A stretch of 64,000 nucleotides of DNA from Puccinia triticina (GCA_026914245.1 CP110439.1:6076001-6140000); one strand, 5' to 3'. Numbered from the stretch's first letter, positions 33,619-47,236 are shown. The notes: generated by a model from the sequence alone, not told the origin. Numbers and translations: made by a program.

Positions 33619-35801
33619 GAGTGTGCTTTGGCACACTCCTAATAAGGGAGTGTGCTTTGGCACACTCCTAATAAGGGAGTGTGCTTTGGCACACTCCTAA
33701 TAAGGGAGTGTGCTTTGGCACACTCCTAATAAGGGAGTGTGCTTTGGCACACTCCTAATAAGGGAGTGTGCTTTGGCACACTCCTAATAAGGGAGTGTGC
33801 TTTGGCACACTCCTAATAAGGGAGTGTGCTTTGGCACACTCCTAATAAGGGAGTGTGCTTTGGCACACTCCTAATAAGGGAGTGTGCTTTGGCACACTCC
33901 TAATAAGGGAGTGTGCTTTGGCACACTCCTTAAAAGGAGTGTGCTTTGGCACACTCCTTAAAAGGAGTGTGCTTTGGCACACTCCTTAAAAGGAGTGTGC
34001 TTTGGCACACTCCTTAAAAGGAGTGTGCTTTGGCACACTCCTTAAACAGAGTGTGCTTTGGCACACTCCTTAAACAGAGTGTGCTTTGGCACACTCCTTA
34101 AACAGAGTGTGCTTTGGCACACTCCTTAAACAGAGTGTGCTTTGGCACACTCCTTAAACAGAGTGTGCTTTGGCACACTCCTTAAACAGAGTGTGCTTTG
34201 GCACACTCCTTAAACAGAGTGTGCTTTGGCACACTCCTTAAACAGAGTGTGCTTTGGCACACTCCTTAAACAGAGTGTGCTTTGGCACACTCCTTAAACA
34301 GAGTGTGCTTTGGCACACTCCTTAAACAGAGTGTGCTTTGGCACACTCCTTAAACAGAGTGTGCTTTGGCACACTCCTTAAACAGAGTGTGCTTTGGCAC
34401 ACTCCTTAAACAGAGTGTGCTTTGGCACACTCCTTAAACAGAGTGTGCTTTGGCACACTCCTTAAACAGAGTGTGCTTTGGCACACTCCTTAAACAGAGT
34501 GTGCTTTGGCACACTCCTTAAACAGAGTGTGCTTTGGCACACTCCTTAAACAGAGTGTGCTTTGGCACACTCCTTAAACAGAGTGTGCTTTGGCACACTC
34601 CTTAAACAGAGTGTGCTTTGGCACACTCCTTAAACAGAGTGTGCTTTGGCACACTCCTTAAACAGAGTGTGCTTTGGCACACTCCTTAAACAGAGTGTGC
34701 TTTGGCACACTCCTTAAACAGAGTGTGCTTTGGCACACTCCTTAAACAGAGTGTGCTTTGGCACACTCCTTAAACAGAGTGTGCTTTGGCACACTCCTTA
34801 AACAGAGTGTGCTTTGGCACACTCCTTAAACAGAGTGTGCTTTGGCACACTCCTTAAACAGAGTGTGCTTTGGCACACTCCTTAAACAGAGTGTGCTTTG
34901 GCACACTCCTTAAACAGAGTGTGCTTTGGCACACTCCTTAAACAGAGTGTGCTTTGGCACACTCCTTAAACAGAGTGTGCTTTGGCACACTCCTTAAACA
35001 GAGTGTGCTTTGGCACACTCCTTAAACAGAGTGTGCTTTGGCACACTCCTTAAACAGAGTGTGCTTTGGCACACTCCTTAAACAGAGTGTGCTTTGGCAC
35101 ACTCCTTAAACAGAGTGTGCTTTGGCACACTCCTTAAACAGAGTGTGCTTTGGCACACTCCTTAAACAGAGTGTGCTTTGGCACACTCCTTAAACAGAGT
35201 GTGCTTTGGCACACTCCTTAAACAGAGTGTGCTTTGGCACACTCCTTAAACAGAGTGTGCTTTGGCACACTCCTTAAACAGAGTGTGCTTTGGCACACTC
35301 CTTAAACAGAGTGTGCTTTGGCACACTCCTTAAACAGAGTGTGCTTTGGCACACTCCTTAAACAGAGTGTGCTTTGGCACACTCCTTAAACAGAGTGTGC
35401 TTTGGCACACTCCTTAAACAGAGTGTGCTTTGGCACACTCCTTAAACAGAGTGTGCTTTGGCACACTCCTTAAACAGAGTGTGCTTTGGCACACTCCTTA
35501 AACAGAGTGTGCTTTGGCACACTCCTTAAACAGAGTGTGCTTTGGCACACTCCTTAAACAGAGTGTGCTTTGGCACACTCCTTAAACAGAGTGTGCTTTG
35601 GCACACTCCTTAAACAGAGTGTGCTTTGGCACACTCCTTAAACAGAGTGTGCTCTGGCACACTCCTTAAACAGAGTGTGCTTTGGCACACTCCTTAAACA
35701 GAGTGTGCTTTGGCAGACTCCTTAAACGGAGTGTGCTTTGGCACACTCTGTTTAAGGAGTGTGCTTTGGCACACTCCGTTTAAGGAGTGTGCTTTGGCAC
35801 A
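33619..35801. repeat. Palindromic 28-29-bp minisatellite, 77 full units plus one partial
   Basis: Core GAGTGTGC-TTTG-GCACACTC followed by spacer CTAATAAGG (x10), CTTAAAAG (x4), CTTAAACA (x60), then CTTAAACG, TGTTTAAG and CGTTTAAG. Confidence 0.98.
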
Positions 35802-35809
35802 ACTCTGAC

Positions 35810-36274
35810 CACCGGCAAGGCTGAAACGCTGCGCTGCGCTACAAAAAAGCGGTCTTTTAGCGCAGCGCAGCAGGGAACCGCTGCGCAGTCAGCCCAAAAA
35901 GCGGTAGCACAGCGCCAGTCCTGCTGCGCTACCGCTGAAAATAGCGGGGGCCCGCTTTTTCCCTGACCCAAAAAGCGGCAGCGCAGCAGACAGGGCCGCT
36001 CCTTTCAGCGCCGCGCAGCGGCCACCAAAACAGCTGTGCTTTGTGCTGCGCTGCGCTTTTTTGGCTGGCAGCGGGGGAGCGCTACGCGGCCAGGTCAAAA
36101 AGCGGTAGCGCAGCAATGGTTCCGCTGCGCTACCGCTGAAAGTAGCGGGTCCCCGCTTCTTGCCAGACCCAAAAAGCGGTAGCGCAGCAGGCGGGGCCGC
36201 TACTTTCAGCGCAGCGCAGCGGCCACCAAAACCGCTGCGCTTTTTGAAGCGCAGCGCTTTCACCCTTGCCACTG
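35810..36274. mobile_element. Non-autonomous TIR element rich in GCGCAGCG repeats
   Basis: Imperfect TIR CACCGGCAAGGCTGAAA / TTTCACCCTTGCCACTG with GAC on both sides. The superfamily is uncertain. Confidence 0.65.
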
Positions 36275-38083
36275 GACGGCCAAAAGCTCTTGCTTATTAA
36301 CAGGAACGACACCGTTGGCTTGGCATGGGACTACAAAGAAGCAATGAGGCATCCCCACAAGATGTACAAAAACATCTTGACCAATACCAAACAGGGCCTG
36401 GTAGCAACGCAGATCAAGCAGCTTGAAGCGACCAAAGGACCCTTCCTGGGGACCGCCGAGCCAGTGTGGGGAGGAGAGCAGTTTGATGAGGACAACAAGG
36501 ACAAGCTAGAGGCCGCCCATAAGACGATGATGGCCTCCGCTGGGGATTACTCATGGTGTGCTGCCCGTGGGCAATCACCCTGAGCTTGCCAAGGCAAACC
36601 ATTTCTTCACCTGCAGCGCTAACATCTTGCCGCCACCACCACCAGCAGCAGCCCTCAAGACTCACCCCATTCAGCCGCTCCCTCCTCTCCTATCCCACCG
36701 TCAAGATCCACCACTTGCCCAGCTCTCAGCAACCTCTCCTGAACCCCAGCCTGTCTGATTGCCCGCCCATATATAGATCCTCACCCATATCCTGGAAGTG
36801 TTCAATCACCTGAATGCGCTCAATGATGGCTGTGCTTCCAGGGTGTTTAGGCCAATTGGTCTGCAAGATTTATTTCTTGCCAGTCTCCATTCCGCTCATC
36901 CTCCCACACAATACAACAATGTTCCTGTGTCCTGAAAGAGCGCTGCTGTAACAGTTGACAGATCAATCTCAAGAGTTGAAGTGAAATGATCTTGTTGTCT
37001 TTGGGCTACAAAAATGAAGGCAAGGGCAAATTGATCTCAATGATGGCGTTGTGGGTGAGCCCGGTGGGTTTGATCATTGAACACCACCAGCCCTCTGCAT
37101 CAATTTTGGTGTTATTGAGCTCAAATTTAGGAAAGAGCTTCCCCAGTGGGGGCTCAACAAACACAGACCAGCTAAATAGTGCGAGTAGGACAAGCAGCAC
37201 CCGCCCGAGTTGTCAACAAGAAGGCCACGCCTGACCCCGCCAAGCAACAGCTCCGGCGCAGCATGTTCTTGCTTGACCTGCTCTTGCCCTCCGCCTCCGC
37301 CACCTCCATCCTCTCTCGCCGGTCTAACACTCTTGAACAGGGTGAGGGAGACAACAGCAATTGCAACTCCGGGGGCAGCGTCCTCATCAACATCCTGCTT
37401 CTTGGCCCGCCCCCCTTCCTGTTGCCCGACACCCCCATCCAACGGCCCTGCCCGCCTTGAAGGCCAGATCTGCCGGCACCCTGAGCTCAAGTCTGCACTC
37501 CAACCGCTGGCTTGACTCTATTGTCAAGTCCAAACCCCCCTTTCCTCTCCCTACTCAGCCCGCGCAAAAACCGGTCTGTTTTTTTGCTGGAATAGACGGG
37601 GCTTTTGGGCGGCCTTGAGGCCCCTCATCACGCGCATCCTCTCCCAGACAATTCTTGACGTGCTGTCTCTTCCATCAACCGCGGGCCCTCCCCCCGCATT
37701 TCTGTGTTTATTTGAGTGTGTTGTCCATGGACCTGAACCTGCCATCTTATGCTTCTTTGAACCCCTGTTCACTATTTACTTATTTATGCTATTTATGTAA
37801 TTTGTCAGTAGATGATCGTAAATTAAGATGCTGTTTGTTGAGTCCACAATGGATTTTAGAACCAGTCAAAATAAATCTAATGGGCCATAAAATCCTTGAG
37901 TCTGACAGCACATTTGATCTATCAAGCAAGATATACGATGATCCATCTGTGGTGAACTACATGTCAACTTTGAGGATAGAAAGGACTGGTTGAAACTACA
38001 ACTTCAACAGGTTTTATGTTTTTTTGGCTTTAATTTTCAGAAATGATCAGCATAAGCAAAAATTATGGAAAACAAGGCATTAA

Positions 38084-38280
38084 GGGTGTTCAAAGTTGAA
38101 ATCATAAAATTTTCAATGCATAAAATCATAAAATTATAAAACTTTCAAGTGATGATTTCATATGTACCATTCTAGAAATGTTGCTCTAATTTGAGTGCTT
38201 GGGTGCAACATATTTTTTTCAGCTTAGAATTTTATGATTTTATGGTGTTATGATTTTATGCAAGTCAACTTTGAACACCC
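38084..38280. mobile_element. Harbinger-type MITE (GGGTGTTCAAAGTTG family)
   Basis: Perfect 16-bp TIR and TSD TAA. Further copies lie at 1883-2438 and ~48335-48530. Confidence 0.88.
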
Positions 38281-38471
38281 TAATTGCCAAAACCCAAAGT
38301 TTTGTGATACTAAAATGATTTTATTTTATCAAATATTATATGATTTTAAATTTTCAAACTGTGTGGTACATAATGAAATTAAGACCTGATGAGGTTCATA
38401 CTCATCAGTGATGTGCATTGTAAGATGGGTAAGAATTTATCTTGGAGAGATACTTTCTGGACCCCTCAAAT

Positions 38472-38500
38472 TGCAGCGGCAAAGCCGCCTTGGCCTCTAG
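38472..38500 (+). mobile_element. Helitron 3' terminus
   Basis: GCGGC-AAA-GCCGC hairpin, then CTAG followed by T. 28/29 identical to the reverse complement of 55104-55132. Confidence 0.75.
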
Positions 38501-40798
38501 TTTATGTTACGGGTGGTTTGAAGGACCTACCCCTCTATTGTAATACACAAGGATTCTGACAACAAAATTTATTTATTGTTGTGGCAAAAACTTGATAGAG
38601 ATCACTATGTGCAGTAGTCTATCAGACTTAGATCAAACAATGTAGATGATGTGGAATGACACAAGCTATTTAAGAACTTGATTATGATCACAGGTGTTGG
38701 GTGAGTGGATGTTTGAGATCACACTGTTAAATGAATGAGTTACTGGTTGGTTGGTGGCTGCTATTCACATGCTGAATTCAGATGAGGGGGGAGGAAGGAC
38801 TCCTTATATTATTTACAAGGCGGCCGACTTGTGGTTCTAGCCCTAAGTCTAATTGGATATGCATACAAATATGGCCAACTTGTGGTTCTAGCCGTAACTC
38901 TAATTGAATATGCACAAAAAATATGACCCAGTTGTGCTTGGCTCAAATACCATATTATGTACTACCAATGTACTACTAAACTATTTGCTTATGTTGGATG
39001 AAAACCATTTAACCAAAATAACTTTTGACTGAGTGGAGCTATCCTAGTGGTTCCAGTGAGTGACTAGGGGCTAAATAAACTTGAGAATCTAATTGTACAA
39101 TAATAAATCTAAGAATATAACTCCTTCTCATGTATTCAACCATCACTTTATGCAATTTGATACTTGAAACAGATTTGGCACATCACAACGCGGGGGCTGT
39201 TTTTTGCCGGTCAACAATGGCTGAGGGGATACTGTCAATTTGATGGCTGACGGCTGACACAGGGGCTGTCTTTTGCCAATCAACAATGGCTGAGGGGGCA
39301 CCGTTGTGGTCAACGCTCTTGTATAGGAAGGAAAAATTCAATTTTTTTTAGCTTACACATAATTTTCACAGTTACATAGTTCAGTTACATATACATAGCA
39401 AGTCTACATAGTAATTTTTACATATGCATGCATATTTACAGTCATTTCTTGTTGCATACTCCTAATGTATGCAGTGTTACATTACCATCTTTTACAATAT
39501 ATTTGAATAACCAGAGATCAGGAGTTAATTATTGGAGGGATGAAAGTCCAAGTCCAAGTAGAGGCTTTGACCCCCAAAACCTGAAAGGAAGTATGTACAG
39601 ATCCTTATCTTGTTGCTATTGGGCACTTCTTTGAACATGACAACTTTTTTTCTCCAGAATATTCCAATCCTTCTTGTTCCTAAGGCAAAACTTCCATTAC
39701 AGTTGATAGACTATTTTGGAACATTCTATTTCTTCTTGGTTTCATGTGTTGTTGCACAGCCTCTGCTGTATTGTTGCACAGCCTCTGCTGTCTCCATATA
39801 TACTAGAATATTCCATACTTGTATTGCTGTGCTACCTGCACTTTTTGCAGGGAAATTGTAATCCTCCAGGGGGCAAAAATCCCTCACTCTTGTCTATAAA
39901 AGGAGGCTCTTCTCCACTGTTTTTCTGGCTCCTCATGCAAAAGTACACAGAGTACCTAGCCAACAAAAAATTTTAAACACAACAGCACATATTTACTACG
40001 CAATATACATACCAGTTACACCCTACAAATAACCAATACTTCGCCATAAGAGTCCCAAATAATTCCTTGCAAGGCTATTAACAACTACACTGTCCACATC
40101 TTCTTCTTCCAAGCTTAGCTTGGGGGTGTTGTCAGTCTGATTTTCAGAGAGGCAGGGGTTTCCCCACACATACTTCTATAAATTCAGCCAAAAGGGGTGC
40201 AACCCACTTTTGGAGTCTCACACCGTCAATTTGACGGCCGAACTTGCGGCTCTTTTGACCGCGCTATTCAACCGCCGTGTAAGCTTACAGGGCTGGGTGA
40301 TATCACCCTGACATTCCCGAAAGCATCCAGATGATATCCAGCTGAACCAGTGGTGTATGCATCTAATGCCGTTTTCAATTCTCTGCATTTGTATTAACCG
40401 CATCTTACTCCACCTGAACAGAACCTTCAAGTCTTCAATCCTTCAGGCTCTGTACCTGAGTCCGTGTGAGCAGACACAACAGATATATTCTTTCACACAC
40501 CCTGGAACCCCAAATTTGGGGGCTATTGCCTTGCAAAGTATAAAAACATTAAAATGTTACTACCAAATTACTACATTGTTATAGTCACATTTACAAGATA
40601 AGAAGGCAGTCTTTTGGACATGTAATAATGTTTCTAAGGCTGACAAGCCCGTTCCTGGTTTCACATCTTCAACACTCTCAGTGAAGGACATCTAAATTCC
40701 TTACACTCAGATGCTCAACTAAAAATTTACAAGAGAAGTATCCTCTTAGAAAGCCACACAACTTGCAAAGGATCACATGTTAGTAGCCAACTGTAATA

Positions 40799-40999
40799 GG
40801 GGGGTTCACAATAGGATAAAAATAAAACTTCAGAGCTAATTTTAAGGCCTTTATGAACAACTTTTCAAAAAAGAAAGACGTTGCTCTGATTCTCAGGGGA
40901 TACCCAGTCCTGTACACCTTGCCAGATTTTTAAAAATTTGTTGATAAAGACCTTAAAATTGACTCTAAAATTTTACTCTTATCCTATTGTGAACCCCCC
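40799..40999. mobile_element. MITE, GGGGGGTTCAC TIR family
   Basis: TIR GGGGGGTTCACAATAGGATAA, with TAATA on both flanks. Confidence 0.85.
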
Positions 41000-41925
41000 T
41001 AATAGGAGCGGATAAAATATAGACAAGAAGTATAACTGTATCAAGCCTTGGCAACCTGTAACCAAGAGCAACAGGTTACACATGTACCAGTAATAGCTTT
41101 GAGGCGTAGAAACTTTAAACTTCTTTGCGGCTGAGAACTAGGAGAAAAGAGAGCTAAAGATGACTCCCAAAGCACTGAAAAGGAAGCATTGCCTGAGTTA
41201 TCAAAGGCCAGAATTGTCAAACCCTCCAGCCATATTGCCATCCAATACATCAACCAAAGCTCCCCTTCACCAAAATTCCCTGATAGCACTTTGTCAGAGG
41301 ATACTTTGATTCCTTTTAGTTCCGGGACTTTGCTATAGTAAGTCCCTCCCTGTTCCTTTGTTCAGCATCCCATATTGGATAGCTCCTTCAATAACACTTA
41401 AAATAAACCTGTTACACAGGCCCCAGAAGCCACAGGTAACTGAAAATACCCCTGCTCCCGCAGGCCCTGTAGAACCCACCCCAGAGGGCACTTAAATACT
41501 CCATGGCTCTTGCAGCCGCTCTGTTCATTCCCACAAGGTCTAAACCTTCCCTAGCCCACCCATTGCGTCGAAAGACGCGTCCTCACAGCATATCAGCGGC
41601 TGTATCTAGAAGAGCCATAGCTCTTGGCATCACAAACGCTGACAAATAGGGCCCCAAATAGCGTGGTGGAGATGCTGGGAGCGGCAGCGAGTGTGACAGT
41701 GCTGTGATGACTTTGTGACAGAGAATGGGCTAGCAGGCTGTGACAGTTGTGACATGTACGGGACTGATACGTCGCGTCTGGCTTAACTCCTCGCGTTTGG
41801 AAAGTCGAAAACGAGCCTCAACACAACTTCAGAACTCCGTCACTTCAGGATCAACGCACGTTTCCTGCTGGCGTATTTGCACGACATAATACTTTCTCGC
41901 AAGCGAAGGCGGAGCTGATCTTAGA

Positions 41926-44900
41926 ATGAGTCAATCTGGGCCTTCAATATGGGGAGCGGATGAGGTTGGCGATGATGAGGAGACGTATGATCAGGTTAGA
42001 TATTGAAGATCCGAGCATCGCATTTCCTATGATCATCCGACACACAAGATAGTCGATTGATTCGGTTCGCATCAGCTTCCAGTTGGTTAACCTGGAATCT
42101 GAGGAGTCATCGAAGCTGATGTTTGTCGACTTCTTGATATAGGACTCGGCACGCAAGTATGCGGTCATAATCGCGATTGAGACGACGGAATCGATGCTAT
42201 CCTGGGTACCTAAATGCGAGGAAGATGCAGAGACTGCTGGATCCAACGAATCAAGCTGCTGCTTGCTAGAAACAATTAAAGCTGCCTACCAACTGATGAA
42301 GAAAAAGATCATATCGAATCCGAAAGATAGCATTGGGTTGATGATTTTCAATGCGGTTGGTTTCGTCATGCTCCCGTCCCACCTGTGGTGTTATATCAGC
42401 CCTAATTCACCTATTGGTTCTGATGACATCCCTAGCAAACTGGTTCTGTGACGGGCTCGGACTCTTGGTCAGCGTGCAATTTTTTGCTGGATCTCCAGCC
42501 CGTCGACGCCCCATCAATCAAAAAAATCAAAGCATTAATCGAAAGTAAGCAGGTAAACATACCATACCTACTTGCCCTTGTCGTTGTTCTCACTCGTTTT
42601 CTCCACGCAGAATGCGAACGTGATCCTGAGGAAGTCAAGAGAATGTTTGCGCCACGGGCGAGCCAGCCAAGTGAAATTCATCAGGCCCTGAAAGCATGTC
42701 TAAATCGAATCTCGGACCGGTAGGTTTCACTAGCTCTTTGCTTTCTCATCATCTTGGGGCATCACATTCACCGCCCGTCCTTTGCTGTTCCAACAGCTGC
42801 GCAAAACAAACTGAGAAACGAATCGTCTGGATCACCGATAACACTTGTCCCCTGACATCTTCAAACAAACCGATCGATACTATGTATAAGGTAAGCTCAA
42901 AGCAGAAAAAGATCCATTGAATTAATCAAACTAATGCGACAACCTTCCTGTATTTATCCATGTGGATCCACATCTTGTAGGATCTAAGGGAAATTGGCGT
43001 CAGCTTTGACTGTTTTTTCAACCATCCTTCGACACCACTCCATCCAGGCGATTTCTATACGGTAAGTTCACCTTTCCCTACCATTCGCCTAAGTCGTCGC
43101 CGTATCTGACTTTCCCGGGTACACTGATTGAATTATTCTATTACATGAATTAGTCAATTGTAGAATCCTATAGAAGCTCCAAACCCGATGCTGACCCATC
43201 AGGCCCAGCGGCTTCACTCTCATTGTTGGACTTGGATCTGAATTCATGGGGCGAAAAAATTCTGAAGGAAGTCTTGATCCGTAGAATGGATAAAAGGAGT
43301 GCCTTTAAAATTCCTTTTAAAATTGGGGAAGGCATGGAAATTGGTGTTGGAGGCTTTGTATTAGTAGTAGAACAAAAAAGGAAGGCAGCTATTCTCGTGG
43401 ACCCACATACCAGCTCCAATGAACAAGTCAAAGTTCTCACCGAATATATAGATGCAGTTAAGATTCTTTTCAGGTTGCTTTTGCCTTACTGATGTCTTAT
43501 CGTACTGACCAACATGCTGCGGCTCGAAAACTTGAATTATCTTAGGATTCAACAGCATTGGTTGATAAGAAAGACATCGTCAACTATTTTCCTGTGGGAG
43601 ATACCAAAGAGCTGAAAACCTTTCGCAGGGTAATTTTTACCAACGATGAAATTGAAAGGATGCGCACGTTGGGCCTGGAAAAGGGCGAGTTTGTTCAAAC
43701 ATCCGATTTCAAACTTTCAACCCCACGCATCAATTCCTAACTTCCAAAAAACCGTAAAAACTACGTAGGCTTGGTACTCCTAGGCTTCCGACCACGAGAT
43801 GAGCTATCGTGGACACATCACGTTAAGCATGCTTATTACATCTACCCAAACGAAGATGTGAGTTCATGATCTCAACATGATGATTCAACAAGCTTACCGA
43901 TTTTTGTATTTTCGATCAAGACATTCGTGGGTTCTACAAGAGCCTTTTCTGCTCTGCTTCACTCTATGGCAAAGAAGGATAAGATCGGCTATGGTTTGTT
44001 ACGCAGTCGCAAGAATGACACACCAACACTTGTGGCCATTTTACCGCAAGTTGAGCATCTAGCCCAAGTGATTCCCAAGGCCAGTGTCTCGATTATTGAT
44101 TGCGCCCCGTTCTAGTTGGAAGTCTTCGATGAAGACTCTAGAACCCAATTGCAACCCCCTGGGATGCATTTATGTATATTGCCTTGGGCCGACGATCTCA
44201 ATCCACCTCCAACAGTAACTCAACTGGATTGTTTGGAACGTTTGTTATTCTCACTTCTCCCCCACAAACCGTGCGTTCTAATTATATCTTGCTCCCAAAT
44301 TTTGAACAGCGGATGAGAACAGCAATCATATTACTCAGCTTGCCGACAAGATTGTGCGAAAGGTGAGCCTTGATTCACGGACCACAATTGACAAAAACAT
44401 TGATGATCTTTTCATGTGAAAAGTTAAGAGTAGATTATATGCCTCAAAGAATTCTCAACCCCGCTCTCCAATATCATTATGACTTCTTGGCAGCTAAATA
44501 CCTCAACGAAAAGTTCGAACCTGTTGAGGACCAGTCATTACCCTGGTATCCGTTAATCAAAGAGGTTAGACAGCAATCTGGTTCTGGAGCTGCTCGGTTT
44601 GATTTAAATCAAGCGCATTGTGTCATACTGATTGCCGCTGTTTTCTGATTGACACGCATTGACAGCGCTGTGGGTCCTTGATTAGAGAATTAAGGGAAGA
44701 AGTTGATAAGGATCCGCGGGCAGCAGAAAGTGTGATTCCTGAGAACTCCGTGACTAAAAAACGACGCCGGATCGAAGATGGAGAGGGTGTTGACGTCGAA
44801 GTGGTTGAATCCGCATTTGCTTCTCGGAAAGAAAATAAAGTGAGCGCTAAATAATTTTTCAAACAGCCGACTCCATGCTTTGACTTTCCCTAGTTCCAGA

Positions 44901-45117
44901 AATCGAAACTGAAATTCATTGAATTATCATGAAAAATTAGTTGACCGTATCGCTGCTAAAGGAGTACTTGATATTTAAGAAAGAATTACCGATCAGTGGA
45001 AAGTACCCATTGAAAGCGGAGCTTATTGAAATGGCTCGAGCTTTTCTCACCAAGGAGCGTACCAAATCTGCATCTGGCTCAACAAGTACCGGAAACCCTA
45101 GGAAAAAGAAAGCATAA
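41926..45117 (+). CDS. KU70: Ku70 (NHEJ DNA-end-binding subunit), many exons
   Basis: vWA start (AAYQLMKKKIISNPKDSIGLMIFN), beta-barrel motifs (LVLLGF...YYIYPNE, GSTRAFSALLHSM, PPGMHLCILPWADD, NPALQYHY) and a C-terminal SAP-like domain. Includes a probable GC-AG intron at 43685-43768. Confidence 0.93.
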
Positions 45118-47021
45118 CCCACAAGATGAGTTGAAATATTTCATGGCATAGTCCTTGTTGAGCTACCTTACAGTATTTCAGTCTGTTTTTCTGCTTCACA
45201 CTCTTGGTTATTTTCACACACATGTTACAAGTTTCCTTCACATTTCATTTCCTTTCCATCTTTCACTCACCTATCACATACATGTTACTAGTTTCTTTCC
45301 CATACCTGAGACAGAGCCAGTGGAAAGATCCCTTCCCTCATCCTTCCACAAACCGCCTTACTCACCAGCAATGTGCCTCTGTTCTCAGGTATGATTTATC
45401 TCTCTCATTCTACTCTCCTTGTTCTCCTGTTTTCTTTTTCTCTTTGTTCTTTCTGTTTTCCTTTTTGTTTCATTTGTTTTCTTCACCTTTGTCAGTCTTC
45501 ATGAAATACACTTATCCTTCCACAAACCCTGTCCCTCACCAGCAATGTGCCTCTGTTCTCAGCTCTCTTCACTTCATCAGTCCCAGGATGCCTTGAAGCT
45601 TGTGTTTTATATTTTTTGTCAAAGTAAAAATGTAATAACTGGGTAATTAAGAAAATCCAAGTTTAACACTGCAAAAAAGATCCAAGTTTTGGTGTGCAGC
45701 CACATGGTGGCCACTGTTGAATATGCCCTAATATACCCGGTAGACTCTCCAGCTTGTGACAATTATGGTGTTCAAAATTGCATGAGATTTTTGTACATAA
45801 AATCATAGGGGGTTGAGAAATCGACTCCCACAAATTAAAAAATCGACTCCCAAACGCAATTTACGTCGCGCGGACCGCCTCGGGACGTCTTTCCCAGGTC
45901 CTCGCGACTGCATTTTGACCCGGGGGCGTTTTGGGAGTTGGAATTGTAATTCCGCGATCCCAAACAGGAGTTGGGATTTCAATTTTACAAAAAAATCCAG
46001 AAAATAGAGAAATATTTATATCTCCTCACTGGAGCACTCAAACGCTCCCAAAACTTTACATCAATCTAGATACACTGTCTAGAAACATTTTGAGATTTAC
46101 AGCAGTAGAAACCTTCAGGAAGGCCTTGTGGAGCAGGGGGGTTAATTTGGCGGATTTCCTACTAAGGGAAACCCCCAAAACCTTATCTATGGTTCTCCAA
46201 ATGGCCCCAATTTTCTTATGCCAAAGAATACACTCTTTGAAATATATGCTGAGCTTCACGGCATTAGAACACCTCAGATACACCTTGTGTAGCCGGGGGG
46301 TGATTTGGCGGATTTCCTACTAAGGCAAACCCCCAAAACCTTATCTACAGTGCTCCAAACGGCCCCAAATTTTTTCTGCCTGAAGAATACAATCTTTGAA
46401 ACATATGCTAAGCTTCACAGCATTAGCAATCCCCAGGGAGACCCTGTGTAGCCGGGGGGGGGGGGGGGCGGATTTGGTGGATTTCCTACTAAGGCAAACC
46501 CCCATCTCCGGTGCTCCAAACGGCCCCAATTTTTTTCTGCCATAAGAATACACTCTCTAGATAATATCACAAGCTCCAAGGAGGTATTACACATCAGGAA
46601 CACCTTCTATTGATAGTGGTGTAGTGTAGCGCAGCGCAAATGCACTATTTTTCAGTGTAGTGTTAGTGCAATTGTGCCTATCTGCGCTAACGCTACGCTA
46701 AAAGCTGAAATGGCCTTTCACCCTGTGCGCGTACCTTTAGCGCAGATGGGTGCAATTGTGCTAAGGCTAGACTAAAAAATAGCGCATCTCCGCTGCGTTA
46801 CGCTACACCAGGGTCAATAGAAGGTGTTACTGATGTGTAATACCTCCTTGTAGCTTGAAATATGTTTTAGAGAGTGTATTCTTATGGCAGAAAAAATTTG
46901 GGGCTGTTTGGAGCATCATAGATAAGGTTTTGGGGGTTTGCCTTAGTAGGAAATCCGCCAAATCCGCCCCCCAGCTACACAGGGTCTCCCTGAGCAGTGC
47001 TAATGCTGTGATACTCAACAT

Positions 47022-47236
47022 TGTAGAGACTGTAAAATGAAGATGTGTCTGGTGAGAGTCAAACTCACGACCTCAGCTATGCTGAGACACATACTAGAGT
47101 GCTGCCTTTACCAACTAGGCTACAGACGCTTGTGGCTGCCAGCTGGGTGGTTGGTTGGTAGTGCTTCTGGGTTGATCCAACAGCCCTCCATACTGTGGTG
47201 ATACATCATGGTAGCAGACTAACAGAAAACTCAACA
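47022..47236 (-). mobile_element. 215-bp solo LTR containing a tRNA-like sequence
   Basis: Termini TGTTGAG...CTCTACA (minus strand) and 5-bp TSD AACAT, interrupting a foldback repeat unit. Confidence 0.85.
47044..47129 (-). tRNA. tRNA-derived pseudogene (possibly Thr-AGT-like) inside the LTR
   Basis: Acceptor stem GCGTCTG/CAGACAC, D arm GCCT-AGTTGGTAA-AGGC, T arm GTGAG-TTTGACT-CTCAC and a downstream TTTT. The anticodon stem does not pair. Confidence 0.7.

Noticed and set aside
33619..35801. CRISPR array
   Set aside because: Spacers are only 8-9 nt and identical in blocks. There are no cas genes and the context is eukaryotic.
41570..41800. MCB-like ACGCGT/TCGCGT sites upstream of KU70
   Set aside because: These are short motifs with no conservation data available.
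45156..45561. Copia-like LTR remnant with a short direct repeat
   Set aside because: TGTTGAG start and a duplicated ~45-bp segment are visible, but there is no matching TSD.
47044..47129. Functional tRNA or amber suppressor (CTA)
   Set aside because: The anticodon stem cannot form, and the T-loop and acceptor stem carry mismatches. It lies inside an LTR.
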